From an uncultured Anaerolineaceae bacterium (lineage in GTDB: Bacteria; Chloroflexota; Anaerolineae; Anaerolineales; E44-bin32): DNA of 39,533 bases. Every line of letters starts with the position of its first letter. Positions within the stretch are counted from its first letter, which is position 1. Below the pieces are notes generated by a model. It was given only the letters and a program-made list of their open reading frames with translations. It was not told where the DNA came from and ran no database searches. The stretch covers positions 1 through 39,533 of the forward strand of contig CAZMVJ010000003.1 of NCBI GenBank assembly GCA_964569445.1, written 5' to 3'. This document shows, piece after piece, positions 9,790 through 17,580 of this stretch. The translations under genes and the position numbers were made by a program.

Positions 9790-11811
9790 TTACGCCTGGT
9801 GGATCAAGCGCTCCAGTTCGGCCGCTTCGATCGTCTTGACTCCCAGGGCGCGAGCCTTGTCCAGCTTCGAACCGGGTTCGGCGCCCAACAACAGATAGTC
9901 GGTGCGCGGGCTGATGCTGCCGGCGACCTTGCCGCCGTGCTTCTCGATGAGCGTCTTGGCATCCTGCCGCGAGAGATTCGGGAGGGTGCCGGTGATCACG
10001 AAGGTCTTCCCGTTGAGCGGCCGACGAACGGAGGCCGAGTGGATGGCGCGCGGCCAAACGCCGGCCGTCTTGAGCTTCTCCAGGAGCTTGTGATTGCGGC
10101 GACGGGCGAACCACCCTGTGACGGCTTCGGCCGTCTCCGGCCCGATTCCCGGCACCGCCTGGATATCGTCTTCCGTGGCGGACGCCAGGGACCCCAGATC
10201 GCGGAAAGCGCCCGCCAGATCGGCGGCGACGGTCTCACCCACGCCGCGTATCCCCAGGGCATTGATCAGACGCGCCAACGGCTGCGCGCGGGAGGCCTGG
10301 ATGGCGCGCACCAGATTGTCCGCCCGCCGCTCGGCGAAACCCTCCAATTCGAGCAGGTCGTCCACCGTCAGCCGGTAGAGGTCCGCCACATCTTTGAGGC
10401 GGCCCTCGGCGACGAGGAGCTCGGCCACTTTGATGCCCAAACCCTCGATGTCCATGGCGCTGCGTCCGGCGAAGTGCTCGAGGTGGCGGACGAGCTGCGC
10501 CGGGCAGGCGGCATTGACACAGTATAGGGCGACTTCGCCCTCGCTGCGCTGCAGGCGCTCGCCGCAGGAAGGACACGACTTGGGCAGCGCGTAGCGCCGT
10601 TCTTTCCCGGTGCGGGCTTCGACCACCGGGCCGATGACGTAGGGGATCACCTCGCCGGCGCGCTTCAGCAGCACCCGGTCGCCCAGGCGGAACTCCTTCT
10701 CTTCGATGTAGTCGAAATTATGCAGGGTCGCCTGGCGCACGACGACGCCGCCGACCAGCACCGGCTCGAGAACGGCGAAGGGCGTGATGACGCCCGTCCG
10801 GCCGACGTTGACTCCGATGTCTTGCAACACCGTGCTGACCGTTTGCGCCGGGAACTTGAAGGCCACGGCGCCGCGCGGGTCCTTCCCAACGACGCCCAGG
10901 GCCGCCGCCAGCGCGAGATCGTTGATCTTGAGGACCATTCCGTCGGCCTCGAACGGGAATGAGGCGCGCCGTTGGGCGCCTTCCTGGGCGTAGGCGATCG
11001 CCTCGTCCAGGTCGCGGCACAGGCGCGCCTGGTCCGCCACGGAGAACCCCAACCCACGCAGGTATTGTAGGACGTCCCACTGCGTTTTCGGCGCCGACCG
11101 GTCGCCGTCGACGATGGCATAGGCCAGGAAGCGGATCGGACGAGTGGCCGTCAGCGACGAGTCCAGCTGCCGCAGGGCGCCCGCGGCGGCGTTGCGTGGG
11201 TTGACGAAAGTGCGTTCTTCGGCCTGGCGCAGGCGCTCGTTCATCGCCTCGAAATCCGCCACCGGGATGTAGGCCTCGCCGCGGACGACCAGCCGTCGAG
11301 GCGCGGCCGGCCGGCCGTCTTCGACCGGAATCCGCAGCGGGAGATTGCGGACGGTGCGCAGGTTAGCCGTCACATCCTCCCCGGTTTCGCCGTCGCCGCG
11401 GGTCGCCCCCTGGGAAAAGACCCCTCGTTCGTAGGTCAGGACCACTGTCAGGCCGTCCATCTTCGGCTCGACGACGAACTCGGCTTCGGCTGCACGCTGG
11501 TCGAGGCGGATCGCCCGATCCAGCCAGGCCCGAACTTCATCGGCCGTGTAGGCGTTGCTCAGGCTGAGGATCGGCGCCGGGTGGACGACCCGGGAAAAGC
11601 CATCGGCCACTCCTCCCCCCACGCGCTGCGTCGGGGAGTCCGGACTGCGAAGCTCGGGGTGAGCCTGCTCCAACGCCAGGAGTTCTTGCAGCCATTGGTC
11701 GAATTCCGCGTCGCTGACGACGGGCGAGTCCAGCACATGGTACCGGTAGGAGTGAAAGTTCAGCAGCCTGCGGAGCTCGGCTGCTCGGGCCGTCAGGTCC
11801 TTCGGGGGCAT
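9790..11811 (-). CDS. ligA: NAD-dependent DNA ligase
   Basis: 673 aa. Adenylation lysine motif VEPKMDGLTV, Zn-finger CPSCGERLQRSEGEVALYCVNAACPAQ, HhH repeats, and a C-terminal BRCT (GKTFVITGTLPNLSRQDAKTLIEKHGGKV). Confidence 0.97.
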   Translation of the reverse strand: MPPKDLTARAAELRRLLNFHSYRYHVLDSPVVSDAEFDQWLQELLALEQAHPELRSPDSPTQRVGGGVADGFSRVVHPAPILSLSNAYTADEVRAWLDRAIRLDQRAAEAEFVVEPKMDGLTVVLTYERGVFSQGATRGDGETGEDVTANLRTVRNLPLRIPVEDGRPAAPRRLVVRGEAYIPVADFEAMNERLRQAEERTFVNPRNAAAGALRQLDSSLTATRPIRFLAYAIVDGDRSAPKTQWDVLQYLRGLGFSVADQARLCRDLDEAIAYAQEGAQRRASFPFEADGMVLKINDLALAAALGVVGKDPRGAVAFKFPAQTVSTVLQDIGVNVGRTGVITPFAVLEPVLVGGVVVRQATLHNFDYIEEKEFRLGDRVLLKRAGEVIPYVIGPVVEARTGKERRYALPKSCPSCGERLQRSEGEVALYCVNAACPAQLVRHLEHFAGRSAMDIEGLGIKVAELLVAEGRLKDVADLYRLTVDDLLELEGFAERRADNLVRAIQASRAQPLARLINALGIRGVGETVAADLAGAFRDLGSLASATEDDIQAVPGIGPETAEAVTGWFARRRNHKLLEKLKTAGVWPRAIHSASVRRPLNGKTFVITGTLPNLSRQDAKTLIEKHGGKVAGSISPRTDYLLLGAEPGSKLDKARALGVKTIEAAELERLIHQA

Positions 11812-11819
11812 CGCACAAG

Positions 11820-11825
11820 ATTATA
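11820..11825 (-). promoter_or_regulatory. Candidate -10 box (TATAAT on the minus strand) 8 nt upstream of the ligA ATG; possible leaderless or near-leaderless transcript
   Basis: The minus strand reads aaaTGTATAATcttgtgcgATG. There is no Shine-Dalgarno between the box and the start codon. Confidence 0.35.
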
Positions 11826-11953
11826 CATTTGTTCCCCGATCCTCCCCGCGACCGCACCCCTGAGGATAAATCCGACCCCGAAGGTGCCTTTTGTCCATTG
11901 CCCCCTTCACCCCCCGTTTGCTAGACTGCCTCGCAGGACGGGAGGTTCCCGCC

Positions 11954-12316
11954 ATGAGTGCCGGACGGATCATCGCCTATATCGCCGCCGCCATCCTGAT
12001 CTTCTTCGGTTTCCTGTTTGTCTACGGCGCCTTCAGCCCGCAGGGGTCCGCCGGCTGGATCCCGATCGGCCTGATCAGCCTGGGCGCCGGTTTCGTCCTG
12101 ATTTGGCTCGCCGGACGGCGCGCGGCCGCCGCCGGGAAGCAGGAGATCGTCCAGCGCATCGAGATCTCGGGAGATGTCAGCCTGGAGAAAATGACCTGCC
12201 GCAACTGCGGCGGGGCTCTCAGCCCGGAAAACGTCAAGGTCGTGGCCGGCGCCGCCGTCGTCACCTGCCCCTTCTGCGGAACCTCGTATCACCTCGAAGA
12301 AGAGCCCAAGTGGTAG
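11954..12316 (+). CDS. Small membrane protein (2 predicted TM) with a C-terminal CxxC...CxxC zinc ribbon
   Basis: ATG 11954 lies 8 nt after GGAGG (11941-11945). Hydrophobic segments IIAYIAAAILIFFGFLFVYGAF and WIPIGLISLGAGFVLIWLA. C-terminus CRNCGGAL...CPFCGTSYHLEEEPKW. Possible promoter TTGCCC (11898-11903) / TAGACT (11922-11927). Confidence 0.6.
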   Translation: MSAGRIIAYIAAAILIFFGFLFVYGAFSPQGSAGWIPIGLISLGAGFVLIWLAGRRAAAAGKQEIVQRIEISGDVSLEKMTCRNCGGALSPENVKVVAGAAVVTCPFCGTSYHLEEEPKW

Positions 12317-12396
12317 GGCGGCCGAGGATCGAGGCCGCTCGACGATCTTCCCGCGAGCTTGGAGCTCGCAGGAAGACGACAACTGGGGGACCCAAG

Positions 12397-14052
12397 ATGC
12401 GAAAGGCACTCCTAGTCCTCGCGCTGGCGCTCCTGGCCATCGCCTTGATCGCCTCCCCGGCGTCCGCCCAATCGTATTCGTTTCAGGTCCCCGAACAGGC
12501 GGTCGACGTCTACCTGGAGGAGGACGGCTCGATGCGCCTGGTATACCGGATCGTGTTTGCCAACGATCCGGGCGCGCCGCCGATCGATTTCGTCGATGTC
12601 GGGCTGCCCACCGAGGATTACGACCTCGGGTCCGTGCTCGCCTGGGTCGACGGCCAGCCGATCTCGTCCATCGAGGCTTCGCCCTACGTGACCCCGGGGA
12701 TCGCCCTCGGGTTGGGCGGCGCGTCGATCCCGGGCGGCCGCACCGGCGAAGTCGTCGTCGAGATCCCGCGCGTCGACAATGTCCTTTACGCCGGTGACGA
12801 GGCGGGCTACGCCAGCGCCAAGTTCTCCCCGAGCTGGTTCGACAGCCAGTTCGTCCGCGGCTCGACGGACATGACCGTGACCTTCCATCTCCCACCGGGA
12901 GTCCAGCCGGACCAGCCCCGCTGGCACACCCCCACCGGCGGCTGGCCGGAATCGCCTCCGGCGGTCGGGCTGGACGAGCAGGGGCGCATTGTCTACTCCT
13001 GGCGTGACACCTCGGCCAACGCCTACACCCAGTTCATCTTCGGGGCGTCCTTCCCTTCGACGGTCGTTCCCGCGGAGACCCTGCAGACGCCGACCTCCGG
13101 ACTCTTCACCGGACTCTTCGCCGCCTTCTCGTCCTTGATCGCCGGTATCGCCGGATGCTTCTTCCCTCTCCTTCCGGTGCTGATCGTCGTGGGCCTGATC
13201 TTCTTCGCCCGCAGCCGCTCGCGTCTGGCCTACCTGCCGCCGAAGATCGCCGTCGAAGGCCACGGGATCAAGCGCGGCCTGACGGCCGTCGAATCCGCCG
13301 TCTTGCTGCAGACCGGCCTCGACAAAGTCCTGACGATGATTCTCTTCGGCGTTGTCCGCAAGGGCGGCGGCCGCGTGATCCAACAGGAGCCTCTTAAGAT
13401 CGAAGCCCTCCCGGCGCCGACGACCGAGCTGCGCGCCTACGAGACGGCCTTCATCAAGGCGGCGGTCGAGCCCGATTTACGTCTCCGCCAGCGGGCCTTC
13501 TCCGACCTGATGATCGACCTGGTCCGTTCGGTGCAGACCAAGATGAAAGGCTTCAGCACGGGCGAGACCCGCGACTATTACCGCTCGATCATGCGCAAGG
13601 CGTGGGCCGAGGTCGAGGCCGCCGGGACGCCCGAGGTTCGCTCGGAGCGCTACAGCGAAGGCCTCGAATGGTTGATGCTCGATGGCGACTTCGACGATCG
13701 AACGCGCCGGACGTTCACGTCCGGCCCGGTCTACGTGCCGGTGTGGTGGTCGAACTACAGTCCGGCTCGCCCGGCGACGCCCGTCGTCAGCGGAACCTCA
13801 GCCAGGGGATCGGGCGCGGTCTCGCTGCCGCACCTGCCGGGCGCCGACTTCGCCGCGTCGATGGCTCGCAGCGTGCAGAACAGCGCCGGCGCGCTCGTCG
13901 GCAACGTCGCCGCCTTCACCCAGGGCGTGGCCAAGACGACCAATCCGCCGCCGGTCACGCGTTCCTACGGCGGTTCGCGCAGCGGGGGCGGCTGCGCCTG
14001 TGCCTGCGCCTGCGCCGGATGCGCCTGCGCGTGTGCCGGAGGCGGAAGGTGA
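12397..14052 (+). CDS. Signal-peptide / TM-anchored envelope protein (tentatively DUF2207-like) with a C-terminal Gly-flanked (Cys-Ala) repeat tail
   Basis: ATG 12397 is in frame inside ORF 11581-14052 and follows GGGGGA. Signal peptide MRKALLVLALALLAIALIASPASA/QS. A hydrophobic stretch of about 37 residues (GLFTGLFAAFSSLIAGIAGCFFPLLPVLIVVGLIFFA) is followed by RSRSR. The C-terminus is GGSRSGGGCACACACAGCACACAGGGR. The DUF2207 resemblance is from memory only. Confidence 0.8.
   Translation: MRKALLVLALALLAIALIASPASAQSYSFQVPEQAVDVYLEEDGSMRLVYRIVFANDPGAPPIDFVDVGLPTEDYDLGSVLAWVDGQPISSIEASPYVTPGIALGLGGASIPGGRTGEVVVEIPRVDNVLYAGDEAGYASAKFSPSWFDSQFVRGSTDMTVTFHLPPGVQPDQPRWHTPTGGWPESPPAVGLDEQGRIVYSWRDTSANAYTQFIFGASFPSTVVPAETLQTPTSGLFTGLFAAFSSLIAGIAGCFFPLLPVLIVVGLIFFARSRSRLAYLPPKIAVEGHGIKRGLTAVESAVLLQTGLDKVLTMILFGVVRKGGGRVIQQEPLKIEALPAPTTELRAYETAFIKAAVEPDLRLRQRAFSDLMIDLVRSVQTKMKGFSTGETRDYYRSIMRKAWAEVEAAGTPEVRSERYSEGLEWLMLDGDFDDRTRRTFTSGPVYVPVWWSNYSPARPATPVVSGTSARGSGAVSLPHLPGADFAASMARSVQNSAGALVGNVAAFTQGVAKTTNPPPVTRSYGGSRSGGGCACACACAGCACACAGGGR
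13993..14037 (+). repeat. Imperfect TGYGCS hexanucleotide repeat encoding CACACACA-G-CACACA
   Basis: In frame with the CDS: TGC GCC TGT GCC TGC GCC TGC GCC GGA TGC GCC TGC GCG TGT GCC. Confidence 0.9.
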
Positions 14053-15428
14053 GCTGGTTGCCCGGGCGCACATCCGCCACCGCGCGCGATTCGCGCCAAG
14101 GGCGCTTGGAGGTCTTTCGCCGCGCCACGCCGCGCGGCTCGGCGACGATCCACCTGCGCCGCGCCGCCGATGGGCGAGCCGAGCTCTTCATCAACGCCAA
14201 CCAGGTCTACCGCCTCAATCCGACGGCGGCGCAGATGGCCAACTTGATCCTCTCGGAGATTCCCAGCGCGGAAGCCGTGCGCCGCTTGGCGCGCGTTTTC
14301 CGCGCCGACCGCCGCCGCCTGGCCCGCGACCTGGCCGCCTTTCGCGCCGATCTGGAAGGACTGCTCGACCCGGAATCGGTCTGCCCCGTGCACGACCTGA
14401 ATCTCGAGGTCATCGCACCGTTCTCCGAGATCCCCGACTCCCCCTACCGGATGGACCTGGCGCTGACGTATCGCTGCAACGACAATTGCGCGCACTGTTA
14501 CAACGCCCGACCGCGGACCTACCCCGAACTCCCCACCGAGGACTGGCGGACGATCCTCGACCGTCTGTGGGCCGTCGGCGTCCCCCACATCTGCTTTACC
14601 GGCGGCGAGGCGACGCTGCGCCACGACCTGCCTGAGCTCGTCGCCCACAGCCACGGCCTGGGTCACATCGTCGGGTTGCTCAGCAACGGGCGCCGCCTTT
14701 CCGACGCCGCCTTCGTGCGTACGCTGACCGCTGCAGGCCTCGACCACGTCCAGATCACGCTCGAATCGAGTCGGGAGGATGTCCACGATCGGATGGTGGG
14801 AGCTCGCGGGGCCTGGCGGCAGACGGTCGCGGGAATCCGGAACGCCCTGGAGGGCGGCCTGTTCGTCATGACCAACACGACGCTGCTCGCCGACAATGTC
14901 GGGCACATCGGCGAGACGATCGACTTCCTGGCCGAGGTGGGCGTACCCACGATCGGCTGCAACGCCTTGATCCACGCCGGGCACGGCGCCGAAGTCGGCT
15001 CCGGTCTGCCGGAGGGCTGGTTGGCGCCGGTGTTGCGAGACGTGCAGAGCCGAACCGAGGCTCATGGACAGCGGCTGATCTGGTATACGCCGACACAATA
15101 CTGCCACTTCGACCCCGTGGAGGCCGAGCTGGGCGTCAAAGGCTGCACGGCGGCGCGTTACAACATGTGCGTCGAACCAGATGGCGCCGTTTTGCCTTGC
15201 CAGTCCTACTATCAATCCGTCGGGAACATCCTGCGGGATCCGTGGGACTCGATCTGGAACCACGACCTTTCGATGTGGCTCCGGCAGCGGAAGTACATGT
15301 CTGACGACTGCCGCGCCTGCTCGCTCGTCGCCGAATGCGGGGGCGGCTGCCCCCTGAGCCCGCCGGCCGCTACTTACGGATCCGGCTGGATCCCGGTTGG
15401 GGATGTCTCCCTGGCCGGGCGAGGTTGA
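14049..15428 (+). CDS. Radical SAM / SPASM-domain enzyme with an N-terminal PqqD-like (RRE) domain
   Basis: GTG 14049 overlaps the upstream TGA 14050-14052 (GTGA). RRE-like segment ELFINANQVYRLNPTAAQMANLILSEIPSAEAVRRLARVF...FRADLEGLL. CxxxCxxC motif LTYRCNDNCAHCYN; GGE motif CFTGGEATL. SPASM cysteines GCTAARYNMCVEPDGAVLPC and CRACSLVAECGGGC (CX2CX5CX3C). Confidence 0.9.
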   Translation: MSWLPGRTSATARDSRQGRLEVFRRATPRGSATIHLRRAADGRAELFINANQVYRLNPTAAQMANLILSEIPSAEAVRRLARVFRADRRRLARDLAAFRADLEGLLDPESVCPVHDLNLEVIAPFSEIPDSPYRMDLALTYRCNDNCAHCYNARPRTYPELPTEDWRTILDRLWAVGVPHICFTGGEATLRHDLPELVAHSHGLGHIVGLLSNGRRLSDAAFVRTLTAAGLDHVQITLESSREDVHDRMVGARGAWRQTVAGIRNALEGGLFVMTNTTLLADNVGHIGETIDFLAEVGVPTIGCNALIHAGHGAEVGSGLPEGWLAPVLRDVQSRTEAHGQRLIWYTPTQYCHFDPVEAELGVKGCTAARYNMCVEPDGAVLPCQSYYQSVGNILRDPWDSIWNHDLSMWLRQRKYMSDDCRACSLVAECGGGCPLSPPAATYGSGWIPVGDVSLAGRG

Positions 15429-15433
15429 GCGCC

Positions 15434-16603
15434 ATGACCGACATTCTGCATCGCGTATTCCCGCCCGCGCCCGAACGGCCGATCGTCCCGCCCGGGACCT
15501 ATCACTGCATGCAGGTCGACCCGCCAGCCCAACCGCGCCGTCTGCACCTGCGGGTCGAGTCCGACGGCCGGGGTCTGCTGATCGTCAACGCTTCGACCGT
15601 GCTCCACCTGAACGAGAGCGCCACGGCTCACGCCTGGCACCTGGTCCAGGGCAACAGCGAGGCCGACGCGGCCGAGTGGATGGCGCGGCGCTTCCGCATC
15701 AGTCGCAGGCGGGCCTTGAAAGACGGTCGGCTCATCCGGGACCAGGTCGAGTCGCTCGCCGAAAGAGAGGACCTCGACCCGGTGATGGTCATGGGGCTGG
15801 GGCGGGCCGATCCGTACGGGGCGCGTGCGACGGCCCCCTATCGTCTTGACTTGGCCCTGACCTACCGTCTCGCCGATGGCGTGTCGGTGGACCCACAGGC
15901 GCGCCGGCGGGTCGATCATGAGCTCACGACCGAGGAATGGAGAGGCGTCTTGGACCAGGCCTGGTCCATCGGGATTCCGCACGTCATCTTCGTCGGCGGT
16001 GAACCCACGGTCCGCCCGGATCTGCTCGACCTGATCCGGCATGCCGAGCAGCTCGGTCAGGTGTCGGGCGTCGTTACCTCCGCCGAAGGCCTGCTTACGC
16101 CGCGGCGACTGGAGGGATTGGCCGCCGCCGGCGTCGATCATCTCCTGGCCGTCGTCGATCCGAAAAGCGCGTCATCGCTGGACGGGCTCCGGCAGGCTGT
16201 GGCTTCCGACGTCTTTTGCGCGGCTCACCTGACGATTGATCCGAAGGACGAAGCGATCATTATCGAGGATCTTCAGCGAGTTCGCGAGACGGGGGTGACG
16301 CACGTCTCCCTGAGCGCGCCGCCCGGGGCGGCAGGCGCCGCCGCGCTCGGAGTCGCTCAGCAGGCTCTGGCGGAGGCCGGACTGAGCCTGGTGTGGGATC
16401 TCCCCGTGCCCTTTGCCGGCCACAACCCGATTCGTCTCGAGGCCGGTGCCGGCCCTGAGGCCGGGGCCTGGCTCTACATCGAGCCGGACGGCGACGTGCT
16501 GCCGGCGATCGGCGCGGAGACGGTGCTGGGCAACGTTGCGCGCGATTCGATCGCCGACATGTGGCGCCATGCGGCGGAAGGCCTGGCCCTTCCCGCGAGC
16601 TGA
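15434..16603 (+). CDS. Degenerate radical-SAM/SPASM paralog retaining the RRE-like domain but lacking all Fe-S cluster cysteines
   Basis: ATG 15434 lies 5 nt after the upstream stop. PYRLDLALTYRLADGVSVDPQ aligns with PYRMDLALTYRCNDNCAHCYN of the neighbour. IFVGGEPTVRPDL aligns with CFTGGEATLRHDL. YIEPDGDVLPAIGAETVLGNV aligns with CVEPDGAVLPCQSYYQSVGNI. Only 2 Cys occur in 389 aa, and the protein ends before the CX2CX5CX3C block. Confidence 0.8.
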   Translation: MTDILHRVFPPAPERPIVPPGTYHCMQVDPPAQPRRLHLRVESDGRGLLIVNASTVLHLNESATAHAWHLVQGNSEADAAEWMARRFRISRRRALKDGRLIRDQVESLAEREDLDPVMVMGLGRADPYGARATAPYRLDLALTYRLADGVSVDPQARRRVDHELTTEEWRGVLDQAWSIGIPHVIFVGGEPTVRPDLLDLIRHAEQLGQVSGVVTSAEGLLTPRRLEGLAAAGVDHLLAVVDPKSASSLDGLRQAVASDVFCAAHLTIDPKDEAIIIEDLQRVRETGVTHVSLSAPPGAAGAAALGVAQQALAEAGLSLVWDLPVPFAGHNPIRLEAGAGPEAGAWLYIEPDGDVLPAIGAETVLGNVARDSIADMWRHAAEGLALPAS

Positions 16604-16627
16604 CGCAGGCCCCCACCCCGGCCAACC

Positions 16628-17392
16628 ATGGCCCGCCCTGATCCCATCGATCGGCGACACCTGCGTTTCACCGAACAGGCCGCCTGGACGGCGGCACTTC
16701 GCGCGCAGCTGCTAAGCCGGATTCCCGACGAGGCCGCCGCCCTCCTGCTGGAGGTCGGCGCCGGGACGGGTGCCGTCGCCGGCGATCTCGCCGCTCAGCG
16801 TCCGGCGGCGCGGGTGATGGCGCTCGACATCGATCTGGCGGCCTGCCGTTACGGGGCGGAGCATGCTGCCCGTGCGGCCTGGCAATGCGGCGACGCCCAC
16901 GCGCTGCCCTTCCGGTCGTCGTCCCTCGACGCCACCCTCTTCCACTTCGTGCTGCTGTGGCTGGACGATCCGGCCCAGGCGTTGGCCGAGGCCGTGCGCG
17001 TCACGCGCCCCGGCGGCTGGGTTGCGGCGTTGGCCGAGCCCGATCATGCCGCCCGGCTCGACTTCCCCGATGTCCTGGCGCGCCTGGGCGAGCGCCAGAC
17101 AGAGGCGCTGGCCATGGAAGGCGCCGACGTCCGGATGGGCCGGAAGCTGCGCGCCCTCTTGGCTGCGGTCGAGCTTGAGGATGTGGAATGCGGCGTGCTC
17201 GGCGGGCAGTGGCACTCCGGCGCGGGGGCCGGCGAATCTTCGCTCGAGTGGGAGACGCTGCGCCGCGACCTGGACCTGACCGTTCCGGCGGCGGACCTCG
17301 ACGCGCTCGAGGCCTTCGATCGCGGGTCCTGGGAGCGCGGTGAACGCGTGCTCTTCGTTCCGACTTTCTACGCCATAGGGCGCGTAACCTGA
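16628..17392 (+). CDS. Class I SAM-dependent methyltransferase
   Basis: Motif I LLEVGAGTGAVAGDL, followed by acidic ALDID and post-II/III motifs (LDATLFHFVLLWLDDP, VTRPGGWV). Confidence 0.85.
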   Translation: MARPDPIDRRHLRFTEQAAWTAALRAQLLSRIPDEAAALLLEVGAGTGAVAGDLAAQRPAARVMALDIDLAACRYGAEHAARAAWQCGDAHALPFRSSSLDATLFHFVLLWLDDPAQALAEAVRVTRPGGWVAALAEPDHAARLDFPDVLARLGERQTEALAMEGADVRMGRKLRALLAAVELEDVECGVLGGQWHSGAGAGESSLEWETLRRDLDLTVPAADLDALEAFDRGSWERGERVLFVPTFYAIGRVT

Positions 17393-17423
17393 CCCTCGGC
17401 TACGTACCGTCGCTGATAATTGG

Positions 17424-17503
17424 GTAGGGGCGAAGCACCCTGGCACCTCCCGCCACATCGTCCCGGTGCCCTGCCGGGAGGGCAGGTTGTCCTTCGCCCC
17501 TAC
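17424..17503. repeat. 80-nt palindromic element just downstream of the methyltransferase; possible terminator
   Basis: GTAGGGGCGAAG (17424-17435) pairs with CTTCGCCCCTAC (17492-17503). An inner stem is CCTGCC (17470-17475) / GGCAGG (17481-17486). Confidence 0.5.
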
Positions 17504-17580
17504 GGTCTTACCGGCTGCACCAGCCAGCGTCTAGCGGATTGCGGAGGATCGCCAGATGTCGTCAAACCCCCACCCCCTAT

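Noticed and set aside
11581-12396. N-terminal 272 codons of ORF 11581-14052, and similar long 5' extensions of ORFs 13602-15428, 15335-16603, 2553-4073, 27364-29805, 29478-31277, 23482-25893, 22403-23722 and 17802-18593
   Set aside because: The extensions overlap upstream genes or intergenic repeats and are Arg/Pro-rich. They end at internal starts that have an SD or a stop/start overlap and are followed by signal-peptide, TM or domain-consistent N-termini.
13993-14037. The Cys-Ala coding repeat as a mere microsatellite or assembly artefact
   Set aside because: The repeat stays in frame and is interrupted by a Gly codon. It uses synonymous codon variants and ends in a Gly-Gly-Gly-Arg-stop that precisely overlaps the next gene's start. 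It is kept as a real coding feature, although length polymorphism cannot be excluded.
13965-15263. 432-aa minus-strand ORF antisense to the radical SAM gene; also 12412-13383 and 11921-12895 on the minus strand
   Set aside because: These are Arg/Gly/Asp-rich shadow frames. The plus strand encodes the CxxxCxxC/SPASM protein and a signal-peptide protein.
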